The notes under the pieces: generated by a model
What the model was told of the DNA's origin: nothing
The model's input: only the letters and a program-made list of their open reading frames with translations
Databases searched by the model: none
Position numbers and translations under genes: made by a program
Shown here: piece by piece, positions 14,015 to 27,326 of the stretch
Layout of the letters: each line of letters starts with the position of its first letter
How positions within the stretch are numbered: position 1 is the stretch's first letter
Assembly: GCF_018977255.1 (NCBI RefSeq)
Contig: NW_024704743.1
Coordinates: 23,934,001-23,998,000 of the forward strand
Origin: Callorhinchus milii
Lineage: Eukaryota
DNA length: 64,000 nt
Reading direction: 5' to 3'

Positions 14015-14415
14015 TTATAATAATAATAATCCTTGCATTTGATCACATCGTTGAGATGTCTAAAAAGCTTCAAAGGCTACACTGTAAAGTAGATTCACCT
14101 TGTAATTTGTGGGCCATGTGTACCGCAATGTACACAAAGAGCCATGAAGGGATTGACCAATTTTTAATTTGGGAGGATTGTTGGCCATGACACTGGGAAA
14201 ACTGCTTTTTCTTTTCGAATAATGGCATGAGATCTTTAGCATCCACCTGAACAAGCAGATTGTTTACCTCGATTTAACATAATATCGAAGGACAGTACTT
14301 CCGACAATGAAACACACCCCCAGCACTGCAGTGGAGTATCAGCTTAGACCATGTGATTCCAAGTCCCAGTGCGGAGCTTGTACCCACAATCAATGTCTCA
14401 ACTGCAAGAGTGTTT
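14015..14415 (-). mobile_element. Long Deu-domain SINE
   Basis: Reverse complement of the 6105 family, from the tail at 14015 to the head at about 14410. Confidence 0.8.
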
Positions 14416-15293
14416 ACCACTGTGCCAAGCTGACATTCAAACATTTCCCCCCGGAAAGCGATTCAGCAATCAGCTAAGTAAACAAAGGCGTTTGGAGTAA
14501 GGAAATTTGCCCAAGGTTTCAGCCCACCCAGGAATTGAACCCGGGTCCTCTTCGTTGCAACAAAGAAATTTATATAGCGCCTTTCGCCTCGGGAGACTGT
14601 CCCTAGGCACTGGACAGTCAAGATTTGCACCCGAGCTGGAACTGGGAGTCAGGGTGGGGGTTGGGGCGTTACTTCCATTTCATCATTGCAACAGTGAACT
14701 TGCAGCATTATCGTACTCTTTATCCATTTTCCACTTTCTGTTCCCAGAATCAGTCTTGGCTCATTTGGTAGCACTCTTGTCCCTGGTTCAGAAAGTTGTG
14801 GGTTTGAGAAAAGGCATTGGAGGAAAAGCACCAACTCAGGACCTCAGGACTGAGCTACAGGAGTTAAATAAAGGTCACCTCCTCTGGCCTGTAATCCATG
14901 GCTTCAAAAAGACACAGCATTATGTATCTCTTGGCAGTCTGAAGACCAATATTTGGACATTAAGAATTTTGGTGGCACTGGCAGATGGGAGCAGGGCAAT
15001 GAGCAAAGCAGCTTACACATTGGAGGCATTTGGTTTCCTCACAGCTCTGCTGGTTGACAAAGTGCAATGGATCATGGCAATAGGCCTTTTAATAATTGTT
15101 TACAAACGCTACATAGTTGTGGAATAATATTCATGTAATGAAAAGCTTTCCACTGAGAAACTCTGTCGCAACACTACAAAACCTATAAGAAGAAGGTTGC
15201 TAAAACCGTAACATCTGTTTGAGCAGACAGCCATGAACACTTACTGAGGAATTGATTGGTTTACTCGCTGGTTATAGTGGATGTCCTATTTGT

Positions 15294-15624
15294 GGAGTCC
15301 TGTAGCTCAGTGGTTAGAGCACTCGCTTTGCAAGCGAGAGACCTGAGTTCAATTCCACGCAGGGCGAAACCTTGGGCAAGTTTCCTTACTCCACACAGAG
15401 CCTAATAATAATCCCTCCAAAAAACTAAAAACAATAATAAAAAAAATTGGTCATTTTCAATCTACGACTGTTTGTGGGACATTGCTGTGCGCAATTGGCT
15501 GCCGCGTTCACCCACAAATGTACAGTCAATTCACTTTACAGTATATTCTGTGAAGCGCTTTGGGATGTCCTCCCGACTTGAAAAGCGCTATATCAAATGT
15601 AAGGATTATTATTATTATTATTAT
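15294..15624 (+). mobile_element. tRNA(Ala)-headed SINE with partial Deu-like body and L2-type tail (short variant), full length
   Basis: Head gtcctgtagctcagtggttagagcactcgctttgcaagcgag...gttcaattcc has A and B boxes and a TGC anticodon loop. Body is tgtttgtgggacattgctgtgcgcaattggctgccgcg; tail is aaagcgctatatcaaatgtaagg(att)n. Confidence 0.92.
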
Positions 15625-16224
15625 GTCACTTGAGAACAGTTTCACATATGGTTATACCTCGCTGTATGTTCCACTGGATCAGCTCTCTTCAGGCAAAATG
15701 TTGCTGCACATACTCAACAGTTAAATTGGATATTTTCATTCATTGTTTGTTACTTTTCTCGCTTGTCATTCCCACCTCAGGGTTGCAAAGTTCAAGCTCG
15801 CGCTGCTGAAAGGGTGAGAATTAGAAGCGTCGAGAGTGGAAGTGTGCAGAGAATTTGCCAGTTTGTTTCTCTGAATGAGACTTCTGCTGGAGAAATAAAA
15901 CTCTCCTGATATCTGTAGCTGCCTGAGGTAGACAGTACTGACAGTAGAAATGAAGGAAACACTCCCATTGGCCTATGGTTCAAAAGAATTCAGATCCTTA
16001 TGTCTTGTTTAGGCTGTAGAGCTGGTTTGAGTGGAGTTGCCTGGCAGAGCTATGGGATATGGCATTAAAAGCAGGAAAATATGCAGGCTTGAAATATAGC
16101 TTTTCAGCATTACCGATCTCAGACACAGTTTGGGAGGGGGAGGAGGGAGCGGGAGACCACCAACTTACTCCAGTCATAAACGAAAAGACAGATAGGGAGT
16201 CGTCTTGGACCATCCACAACTGTC

Positions 16225-16440
16225 AATGCGATCAGATTGAGGGATTGCTTTTCCAGGGGTAATAATTCCTTTAAAAAATAATAAATTGGTCACTGTTTGT
16301 GGGACACTACTGCGCACAATTGGTTGCCGCATTTTGTTTACAAAATATACAGTCAATTAATTTTACAGTATATTCTGTGAAGCGCTTTGAGACGTCTCAG
16401 AGATGTGATAAGGCGCTATATCAAACCAAGGATTATTATT
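16225..16440 (+). mobile_element. SINE 3' half (long variant)
   Basis: Body and tail motifs of the same family. Further partial copies lie at about 12065-12182(+), 23335-23575(-), 47221-47340(+), 51880-52072(+), 61089-61335(-) and 61345-61410(-). Confidence 0.8.
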
Positions 16441-19186
16441 TTTAACCTATGTTGCAAGGGTCTCTAGTAGTGATCAGGAGCAGGAACCTTGGCAACTTTT
16501 CTCCTTACTGTCCTTGTGTGCTAAAGCAAATTTGAGGTGTTAACTCAGAACCGAGACCTCTGGTTGGGATAGTTTATTGTCGAACCCATTCAACCATTGG
16601 GGGAGATTATACAATGTGAAGCACTTAGAGATGATGACTCAAAGACACGATAAAGCACTATATCAAATGCAAGGATTATTATTTTTATTATTATAACCAG
16701 GTATAGAATTGCCAGGTCATCTACCCACTCTGTTGGCTAGGACACAGTGGAGGGGGGAGACCTGACAGGAGAGCATGTCTCAGTGGAAGCAAAGTAAGCT
16801 TGGAGTGATGGGGCTCAGCTAAGTCATATGTTTGATATTTTGATCATCCAATCTAGTGTGTTTGCATGTGTGGGAGGGAGACTGACCCCCCCACCCCCCC
16901 TTATACACCATGACTGGCAGCTCTGATTGCAGGAACCAATTCCTCTGCGATCAGGGTTGAAAAGGTAAATTTGAAGTGCAAAGAGTGGATGCATTTGGAA
17001 GCTTTGCCAACTAAGACTTGAGAAGATAGCTCCCCCGACATCTGCAACTGCCTATGGTAGAAGCAGTAGAGAAGCGGAAGAAACAAACTGCCCCCAGGAA
17101 GTTTTCTTTAAAGTGCTTTAGAGGCTCTTTGTACAAAACCACAAGTAGCTCTGAGTGTAAGTTTTGCTTATAGCTTATTGGGGATTCAAGGCAGAAGCAC
17201 ATTAGAGGCAAATTGAATCATCCGTGGGATATAGTCAACACAACATCTTCTTGAATAGGAAATTCCGACATAACCAAATGCCTTGCTCAGCTATTGAGGG
17301 CTGGAAATGTTTCAACAGTCTGCAGCTTCCCTAAGCATTACAAGTCTTTGGGGATCAATTGGCGTAAGGGGATACTGTTCAGTTATTGACAAAGTGTTCA
17401 GTTTGAACAATAACATTGCTGCTTGTCTTGAGTTATGGATTAGGTTGGGTTTATACTAGTTTATTCAGCACTGCCTCAGTTTGCAAGGTATTGGGACATG
17501 AGAGAACTAAATAATTGAGTAACTATGGAGGGTTGCATCTATTCAAATAATATGAATAATCAATATCGCAATGGTGTAATCACATTTCACCCTACAATGT
17601 CACGTTCCAGTGACACATGACAGTGTATTAATTTTCAAGCGAAGGATTGACCTATATCCACTGGCCATGAATTGTTTCTGGATACACAATGGGGGTTCTT
17701 ATCTTAAAAGAAATATCTTGTCTGCCAGGTAGTTTGGGACATATGTGCATGCGACCGTCAGGAAGGTGGAAGGCGAACTAGATGGACCTTGGTCTTTTTG
17801 TGTCTAGCATTTCTTATGTTCTTAGATGTCCTATTTGTCATGGTTCTCAGTGAGACACTTCCTGGAAAATTAGACAACAATTAAGGAAGGTGTTGTATTT
17901 TGGTAGACTGTAGTGATCTATATACTGCTCACCCCAAGCAACTCACCATGATTTGAATCAATAATGAAGCCAAGATTTAGCCACATGTGGAGTTTATGCT
18001 ATTTTAGATGACATCTTGGAATACCTTAGTGTAGTGCCAGATTCCAGCTGGGCTTCATTCTGTGAGAGCTTCTTCCCGTTATTAAAAGCAGCAAGCAAAC
18101 ACTGCAAGGTTTCTGTTGCGCTTTGCTTCTGTTTACTTTGATAACATAAGCTATGTTGTCCAGCCTGTGATGTAACCTGTAAGACTCTGGATTCATGCCA
18201 ATGGCATTAAGCTCTCTGTGTCATAAAATTCTTAAGTTCGTGAGTGACTATCCTCCTTGGGGCGGGGGGGTAAGCAGGGTCTCCTTGGAGCTGAACTGGC
18301 TGCTATGTGACTCGCTTGGCAATGGAATGCCAGAATCGACTTCTGTGGCAGTCTTGGTAGTCCAGTTCCTGAGTCAGGGAGGTCCACAGTATTCCAAGGC
18401 AATGCTGCTGACGCACAGCCAGTCTGGTTCATCGGCAGGACTTGGAAGAGCAGACCAAAACCAAAGCCCTAATGGGTAGGAAAGTCCTAGCTAGAGAAGC
18501 AGCGGGAAAGGTTGCTAGACTGTTTTCAATGGCAAGCAGAGTGTGTTTAGCTGGTTAGACTCCAGCAGTACCCCCAACGCACTCTCTTGGGTTTTCAAGC
18601 ATTGCCTTGAATTAGGTAAGCAAGGTGTGTGCCTCAGGGAGTTTCCATGTGTAGGTGGGTGCATGGTACTCTGTTTAGTTTGGATACTCTTAAGCATGGG
18701 GATGGGATTCTGCAGATCAAAAACAAAATTATGAACATCTTAAATTCAATGGCAATTTGTAGCAAAGTAAACAGAAGCAAAGCCCAATAGAAGGCATGCT
18801 GTATTCACTTATATTTTTATATATAATATATACGTTTTCTGTTTATACCTATCAATTCAACAGTAAAATGAACTCGGCAATTGTCTGATATATAATGTGC
18901 CATTTGGCCAGGGCTGCCAATTGGATAAACAGCAGGTGGCAATGCGTGCAATGAGCTATTAGAAGACAACCATTACAGTTCAGCCTGCTATTGGAGAATT
19001 CATTGTTGAGGAGAATTCATTCATTGTTTATTTCAGCGACTGTTAATGTCCTTTGTTCATAGACTTTAAAATACAGGATAAATGCATTGGCAGATTATAC
19101 TTGGAGTAGATAAAAACTTTATTTATTCTGCCTGTGTCAGTTGAGGCAGCAATTCAGTGTTTGCTGTTTATACGAGCTCATGCTAA

Positions 19187-19360
<174 letters not shown>

Positions 19361-20649
19361 TGACTTTTTTAAAATTTCCTTTCCCCACCCCATGTTCCCA
19401 GATGTGCCAAATTGATAAAACTCTGGGGAGAAAAAAAACTGAAAGGAAACAGGTAAGAGGTTAACTCTTTACTGTTATTATAAAATACATAGGGTGTCTG
19501 CTTCATTTGTTTTTATAATTTTTAACAAATAATATTATACTTTTTTTGTGATTTTTCAAGTACAAAAATTGCCGACTTCCAGGGCATCAGATCACAGCAG
19601 TTGTCACTTTCTGATCACGGGGCCTCCATGGAGACCTTACACCCTAGAAATGGTCCATTTTTATCACTGAAAAAGATTTTTTTAAAAATGTTTAAATTAT
19701 GGTTCATTTTCTTTTTCACCTTCTTGCACTTCGAGAAAATTGAAAGCCAAATGCTGATTTTCACCAATTAAAATTACAGACAGGCAGACCTAAAACGTAA
19801 ACAACATCTTTCTCAAAACCCTTTTTGCCTTTCTGCAAATGGTTGGAAAGAAACTGCCAAACCATGGGGTACAGATTGCAGTCATTTTTAACGCATTCCC
19901 TGTAAAACACACCTTTCTATAACCCGATTCAATGCTTCTCCTTGTGCTGCCTTGTTGCTTGTGTGAACTACTAATAAGGTACAAAAGGGAACAAATGAGC
20001 ATAATTAAGACTAATTTCAGAGCGCCTCCATCCTCAAGAGGAAGCGTTTGGCAAACCTTGATTTTGTTTACAAATTTGCAATGTGACAGAGTGAATCGTA
20101 GCGAAAGACAACACGTGTTCTATTGGATATCACACAGTTCTTCACACAAATCTTTCTCTGGCTCTTTCTCTTTCTCTGTTCTCCATCCCCCCCCCCCGCA
20201 CACACACACACACATAAACATACACTCAAACTACAACAACATGCAGCAACTATTTAGCACTCTGCACTCCAGGTAACATCCCAGAGCGCTTGACAATGGC
20301 AGAGCACAATGCTGAGTCGGGGGGAGGGGACCAGAGGCGCAGTTGAAGAGGAAAGGCTTAGGCACTGATTTGTGCAGTTACCATGTTTTTGTAAACTTTA
20401 TCAAGTCAATGGGGTGAAATTTCATAACCTGTTAGAAATCGTTAATGTGTGGGAAAAATGAAACAATTACATACGTTAATTACATATGTTTCATGACTTA
20501 CATAGACTGTACAACTCCAAAACAATCCAAAACATGGCGTGTTTATAAAGAAACACAAGATCTGCTGTGAAACCAGTCTTATTTTAGGCTCATTTGTTCC
20601 CCTTTGTATTTTATAAGTTTTCCAAGCAAGCAACAAAACTGTAAGTACA

Positions 20650-21155
20650 TATTCAAGACTGAGGTTGATAGTTTTCTAAAGGATAGAGGGATTAAGGGAT
20701 GTGAGGATAGGGCGGGTAAAAAGAATTAGGTTAGAAGATCAGCCATGATCTTATTAAATGGTGGGGCAGGCTCGAGGGATCAAATGGCCTATTCCTGCTC
20801 TTATGTCCTATGGTCATACGTCCACATGAACTTCTCCTCTTCATCCTACTTCCTATTCCCTGCCTTCGCTTCTCAAATCCACCCTCTGTGTGAAAGATCT
20901 TCCTCCTAAACTCTCTTTGAAATCTGCATGTTTCTGCCCCATTGTTTTAGACTTGCTAACAAGTGGAAACAATCTATTAATAATCTTTACGATCTTAAAC
21001 GGATCCATCAAGTTCCCTCTCAATCAGCTCATCTCCAGAGAACATAAGTTCTAATTTTTCTTGATAGCTATATCCACACATACCTGTCATCCCTGTCAAA
21101 AGTCCGTTCTCTCCACTGCTGCCATACCTTTGCTGTAGTATGGCAACCAGAACTG
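20650..21155. mobile_element. Two CR1 fragments tail-to-tail (+ at about 20650-20812; - at about 20850-21155)
   Basis: gatcagccatgatcttattaaatggtggggcaggctcgagggatcaaatggcctattcctgctc is a typical CR1 3' UTR. The downstream complement resembles CR1 ORF2. Confidence 0.7.
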
Positions 21156-21954
21156 CATGTAGAATGTATGTTTTTTGGTCAGCTGGGTGTCTTACGCATG
21201 CAAAAACCCATCACCATGCTTGAGTATCCAAACCAAACTGAGAGTTCCATGTATCTAACCTACACATGGAAATTCTGGAGATTCTTAGTAGAATGGATTG
21301 CACACAAACTCCCTGGAGGGATGCATTCTGCTTACCTAATTCCAGAAAGTATTAGGCACATGTTGGCAAGAGCCAAGGCTTAGGGGTCCCAGAATATGAG
21401 TTGTGGTACTGCTGGAGTCTAACCAGCTAAAACCGTATAGCCTGCTATTGAAAACACTGTCTGACAAGCATTCCTGTTGTTTGTCCAGCTACGACCACTC
21501 TACCCACTATTGTCCGAATTTCTGAACTGTTGCCTCAGAGTCTGCGAAATGGATTCTTTACAACTGATTGACAAGCTAACTGGAGATCAGCTTAGCAACT
21601 CCCCCAGTTGTAACCAGTTAAGGATCTTAATATTCACTCAATTTGCCCCTAATAATTTCTAGGTGGTTTCAGCAGCAATGCCGCAACAGAGGATGCAAAT
21701 CAAATCAGATTCTACTCCATCAAAGCTCTTGGGGGGATCCATCGGACAAGATGTTTTAATTAAGACACGTCTCAGTTTTCTGCTATCAGGAGCGGGTCAT
21801 TTCAATCAGGTTTCTCATTGGACTACAGCAAGATGAGAAATCGCTTAATTTTCAAAAATATAAACAAAGCATATGTTTAATTTACACTTATATTCATGTA
21901 GGATAATGATTCAAAGTGCTTCACAAAAACAGTGTGGATCACCACACTAGGTGC

Positions 21955-22500
21955 AAGGAGCACATCATTCTATCCTCGCCTAGCTCCACTGGCTCCTTAT
22001 CTCCGAATGAATCAACTGTAAGATCCTCCTCCTTCCCTTCAAATGTCTACAGAGATTTGCTTGTCCTGCCTCTGTGATAATAATAATCCTTAAACTATAA
22101 TTGGTACAGCGTATTCCACGTCAGGAAGACAGATCAAAAAGGGATTCATAGGATTCACTTTAAAGTGTATTTGCAGCCGATTTGTGTACACAGTCCCTGT
22201 GACTCCCTTCTCCTAGCAGCTTCATCTGCTTTGCCAGCTCTGGCCTGCTATATACCCCTCTCCCGCTCTGCCCCACCATCAGCAGGTGAGCTTTCAGCCG
22301 ATTTGCCCCCGCCCTCTATAACTCTCTTCCCAAATCCCCCCCACTTTCAAAAACCTCTTAAAGACCTATACCTTTACTTTGCCTTCACCCAACTCCCTCT
22401 CCCATATATCTCTCCCAGCTCATGCTTCTATTCAGTAAAGCTCTTTGAGATGTGCTCCGTATGGGAAAGCGCTCCATAAATGCAAATTGTTGTTGGTGTT
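21955..22500 (+). mobile_element. Interrupted L2 fragment
   Basis: ctccactggctcc...aagatcctcctcctt (LHWL..KILLL) and a 3' end gaaagcgctccataaatgcaaattgttgttgg. SINE-tail debris interrupts at about 22075-22200. Confidence 0.7.
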
Positions 22501-24119
22501 TCCAGTTAATTCCTAAAGATTATTAAAAAAAACTAATACTCTAATACCCTACAGGACTCCACGATATTCATAAAGTGGCATTAGCACTGAAACACAATGA
22601 AAACAGGACTTACATCGGCCCTTTTTTGCTACTGTAATTGCGGAAATACAGGAAACACAAGTATTCTAAATATAGTAATAATAATACTTACATTTGATAC
22701 AGGGCCTTTCAAGTCAGGAGGACGTTCACACGAGTATTTGATTATAAACTGAAAATTGCGATATTTCTTAACAGATTTAAATCTGTTCAGCAACAGTTAT
22801 GGTTTTCGCCCCATGACCTCAATGTATGCAAGAGAACAGAAGACTCACACCGCTCTTTGATGCCTCGTCCTTTTTTAAAAGGAAAATAAATCAGCAGCGG
22901 AACTGTTGGTTCTATTGATTTTTCTTTGCTGTTAGTATCACAAATATAAAAAGGCTAATACAATTTTGAATTTGTTTGGTGCTCACACAGGTATGTCTGT
23001 GTGATTGAAAGAGCATTCTTCCTTTATCACTGTGAACCAAGACTTTCATGGAGCCTAGCCTAAGCTGCAAATTTGATCGTTGCAGAGATAGTCAGCTTCT
23101 GTTTATCCGTGTACCAAGTACAATGAGATCATATGCAAGGATTATTATTATTTTTATTATCATCATATTTTGTGATGAACACACTCTTCCTTTGTTACCC
23201 GAGGCTCAATCTGACGAGCAGCAGGAATTCAGAGTTCAGAGAGCATTTCAGTGAAAATTTGATTCTCCAATTTCTACATTTGCAGAATTGTTCTGTTTGT
23301 TTACGTTTGTGGCATGAAGGGGGTGAAGGCCCTATCATAATAATCCTTGCATTTGATATAGCGCCTTATCACGTCTTTGAATCATCTCAAAGCGCTTCAC
23401 GGAATATACTGTAAAGTGAATTGACTATATTTGTGGACGAAACGCAGCAGCTAATTGTGCACAGCAGTGTCCCACAAATAGTGTGGATTGAAGTGACCAA
23501 ATTATTATTATTATTATTATTTGAAGGCATTATTACTCCTAGAAAAGTGATCCTCTGAAAGGCATGTTTGATGCACTTGTCTCCCATCCAAGTTAACTCA
23601 CTTAAAGAAATGCTTGAATTCTGGCTTTTCCACACACAACTATACAGAACAGCTGAACAGTTTTACGTTCATAACATGCAATACAAGATCTGCCCACATT
23701 TAATGTAAGAATATCAGAAAGGTATTGCTAAAGATTGGGCACATTCATTCTGACACAACAAAAACAACTTGCATTTATATAGCTTCCTTCACGCCAGGAG
23801 CCGTCTCAGAGCATTTAAATGTGCTGAAGGCAGGATCTGTGCTGTCTTTTGGACTGACTGAGCCTCAGTGCACAAGTTCAGGATTGAAAGTCTCAATCTG
23901 GGTATTGGGCTTGTAACACTTTAACATAAGAACATAAGAAATGCTAGATGAAAGAAGATCTAGATCCATCTAGTTCACCTTCCACCTTGATGGCGGTCAC
24001 ATGCACACATGCCCCAAACTACCTATATACTTTGATGTCGGCAAGATATTTCTAAGCGCTTTGACATATCTCCTGATATGAAAGGACTTCTATAAATGTA
24101 AATCATGCATACTATGTTG

Positions 24120-24344
24120 TAAAAAAATTTTATGCAGCGAGTTGTTAATGTCTGGAATGTACTGCCTGAAAGGGTGGTGGAAGCAGATTGAATAATAATT
24201 TTCAAACGGAAATTGGATATTTACATGAAAACAAAACATTTGCAAGAACATGGGGAAGCAGTGGGGGAGTGGGACTAGTTGGATAGCTCTTTCACAGGCA
24301 CTATGGGCCGAATAGCCTCCTTCTGAGCTGAAGGATTCTATACT
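24120..24344 (+). mobile_element. CR1 LINE 3' end
   Basis: gtctggaatgtactgcctgaaagggtggtggaagcaga...atgggccgaatagcctccttctgagctg...attctat, the same family as 55992-56285. Confidence 0.88.
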
Positions 24345-24573
24345 GTAAACAAAAACAGAAGTCACTGGGAACACTCAGCAGGTCAGGCAGCATCTATGGA
24401 GAAAGGAAAGTGAATCAACTAGTATTGGATTCTGACAATTCTGATGAAGGGTTGTGGACCCGAAACGTTGACTCACTTTCCTTTCTCCATAGATGCTGCC
24501 TGACCTGCTGAATGTTCCCAGCGACTTCTGTTTTTGTTTTCAGATTTCTAGCATCTGCAATATTTTGCATTTT
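24345..24573 (+). mobile_element. Penelope-like-element-derived fold-back repeat
   Basis: 73-bp inverted arms at 24347-24419 and 24467-24539, flanked by an 11-bp direct repeat gattctatact (24334-24344 and 24574-24584). A hammerhead-like core lies in the loop. Confidence 0.75.
24436..24474 (+). ncRNA. Minimal hammerhead ribozyme-like motif, probably decayed
   Basis: CUGAUGA (24441-47), A, stem GGGU/ACCC, GAAA (24462-65), C, GUU. Helix I is imperfect. Confidence 0.55.
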
Positions 24574-27143
24574 GATTCTATACTATGTTGTATTTATGCA
24601 AAAGCCAATCTGATGACATATCCATTGAAAATCTCTGTTTTAAAGTTCAATGGATCTCTCCGTGTTGCTGTTTGATAATATCATTGTCATTCGTTTTCGA
24701 TATCTAAGCAAATATGCTAACATATTTATATATGGATTTATTCATTGTTGCTCTTTTTTATATATTACTGTAGCATATGAAAGGGGGGAAAGACAGGAAC
24801 TGAGTGCTGTGAGTGTGGCATTCCTATGATCACTCACTGGCCCAAATGTCGAAAAATCACCAGCAGCTGATTCATTCTTGTGAAGCAAAACTGAGTGTTG
24901 CTACCGTCTGGTACCAAACTACAAAACTGAAAAATAGGACAAAGGCCAATATAGCTGGTTATTCCTCAGTAAAGGAGGAACTTTAATTAACTCTGAGTCA
25001 AACCCGATGTTAGTGATTTAAACAAAGGGGAATAATTTAAAGGATGTCCAGAGCAGAGAATGAACAGTACAGAGAGAGTTCTGAGAGCATGATTTTAATG
25101 CTAGTTGACAGGGTATATCACGATGGCAGAGGAGATCGAGCACAGAAGACACAGCAGTTGTGCTCACATCTGGCATTTTACTTACAGACAATTTCTCGAC
25201 TGAGAAAAGGTCCAAGAAGTCTGACGGAAGGTTGAAAATCAAAACAGACTTTACCAGCGTTCAGGATCACAGTGAATTGTTTGACAGTGAATTGGATTGT
25301 GAATTGTGCAATTTCAGGTGCAGAACAGAAGTCACTTTCTGTTTGGGAGCTTCAGACCTCATAAGCTGATGTTTGGGATAGAGTTTGTGCTCTTTGAGAT
25401 GAGGGAATTCAGACGCAGAGAATGGAGATTCTTTCTAATCCCGAGTACAGCATCAAACATTCGTCAGGATAGATAGAATGTGTCAAGTACTGAAGAATGA
25501 TCACCGTACTATGTCCCAGTAATCAGGCTTGACCCTAAACCAAAGAGCAGTTCCTACTTCCTCACTGTGAACGTTTCCATTTCCCACATCAGCCTTGCCT
25601 CTCTGAGTGAGATTGACATTTTGCTGCCCGTTTACACTGAGTTTAGGCCTGTTTTGTCATGCCTTGGTGCCCTCATTAGGAACAAATGCGAGACTTCCCA
25701 CACTGATATAACATGGACTATTTATAGCAGCGCAGAGACTTCCATTCTGTCAGTCTAGATAAGATTCAAACTCAGAGGTAAAGACACTGCTCATCTCAGT
25801 GCACCTCATCCCCAATCTATAGCTCAGAACTCGCATTTGTAACATTGCAGTACCATTGCAACTAATCCACTGTAGTTAGAATGATATGGCACGGAAATAG
25901 GCCGTTCGGCCCAACTAGTTCGTGCCAATGTTTACACTGCGCACAAACTCCTGAATCCCTCTCGCGTACCATGGCAGGAGAGTATTTATTGTACCTCTCG
26001 GTAATTTCCCCCTTTTTTTCGAGAGCGTCTAAGGCTTTTATGGCTGACTTGAATGTCCATTCAATCCAGTATCTGATCTGACAATACCTACTTGAAGTGC
26101 CATGACCAGCTTCTTTGCATCACATGTTGTGTTTTTCATCCCAATGTTTCAGGTTTAACCTTCGATACCATTTAATCTTTTGTAAGCTTCAAGGTGGAAA
26201 ATCCTTCTTGCCAGCTTAAACACGTGTGACTATCACTCTTCTCTGTACCCTCTCCAATGCTTATGTATGCTTTTTGTGGGGCAGTGACGAGAATTGATCA
26301 TGAGTCTGGTCTAACTAGTACTTTCTCCAGCATTACTCTACATAATCTTCAGTCTTTGCCCACAAAATACCCAGTCACTCATATGAAGTGTTTTGCTACA
26401 TCCTCCCAAAGTGAAAGGCACAATATCAAATATTATTATTACTAATACCAATAATCCATACATTTAAGCCTTTCATTCCTTTATGTTACACTACTTTCAA
26501 TTACTTCAGGCATTCCAGATAATGAACCACAAAGATCCCTGCCGAAACCGAACTCAAAAAGTTCCAATTCAATTTGAAATGAATGTTATGAAAAGATCTT
26601 GACGGTTAATGTCATAGTAAAAATGCTACATCAAAATAACTCACAACTCAGACCAGTTGTTACACTTGTTTTGTATTGTATTTGCATTCCATGCTGAGCT
26701 GTGTTATCCACCAGGAGTGTTTGGAACTTGCTATCCACCTAGTGAGGGTGGAAACCCACGCCTCTCCAATTTCAAATGACCAACTCGTGACTGTCCTCCT
26801 TGAGGGGGATGTAAACAGAGTCTCCTTGGAGCTGAGCTGGCTCCAAGGTGACGTGGGGTGTGTCACTCCGGGCAGAGAGTACGCATTCCATTCCAGACTC
26901 TGGGAGATTCCCATGTGTAAGTGGCATACATACGTGGAATTCTCAGTTTGGTTTGGATATTCTTAAGCATGGTGATGGATTTCCACATGTGTCAGACACC
27001 CGGCTGAGCAAAAAATATTGGATTATGTTGCGGGTTGGGAAAGGGGAGGGGATTTGGATTCCAGCCGATTGAAATTATCAAACCATTTTTGAACAAAACT
27101 ACAAAGCCAAAACCAATTAATTTTACCTCTTCCCCCTCTACAG

Positions 27144-27326
27144 ACGATTGAAAATTGTGTCTGCATTTTGAGAAACCTCTCCTACCGTCTGGCAGCAGAA
27201 ACGGCTCAGGGACAGCAGATGGGGACGGATGAGTTTGACGGATTGCTGTGTGAAGGCACCGGCAAGGACGCCGAGAGCTCAGGGTGTTGGGGCAAGAAGA
27301 AGAAGAAGAAGAAATGCCAAGACCAG
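27144..27326 (+). CDS. CTNND2: Delta-catenin coding exon (2nd), with the poly-Lys ARM insert loop
   Basis: Acceptor cctcttccccctctacAG and donor GTgagg. 183 nt, phase 0->0. Encodes [61 protein letters not shown]. Confidence 0.98.

Noticed and set aside
14507..15127. 206-aa ORF
   Set aside because: It starts at a non-ATG codon, runs through SINE and L2 fragments, and has no recognisable domain.
15296..15368. tRNA-Ala-like cloverleaf (also at about 61890-61960, 46705-46775 and 36400-36470)
   Set aside because: Each runs directly into a SINE body and tail and has broken T-arm or acceptor pairs. These are SINE heads, not tRNA genes.
16901..17086. SSQVL peptide resembling the upstream CTNND2 exon
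   Set aside because: It is on the minus strand and the surrounding residues do not match; a chance hit.
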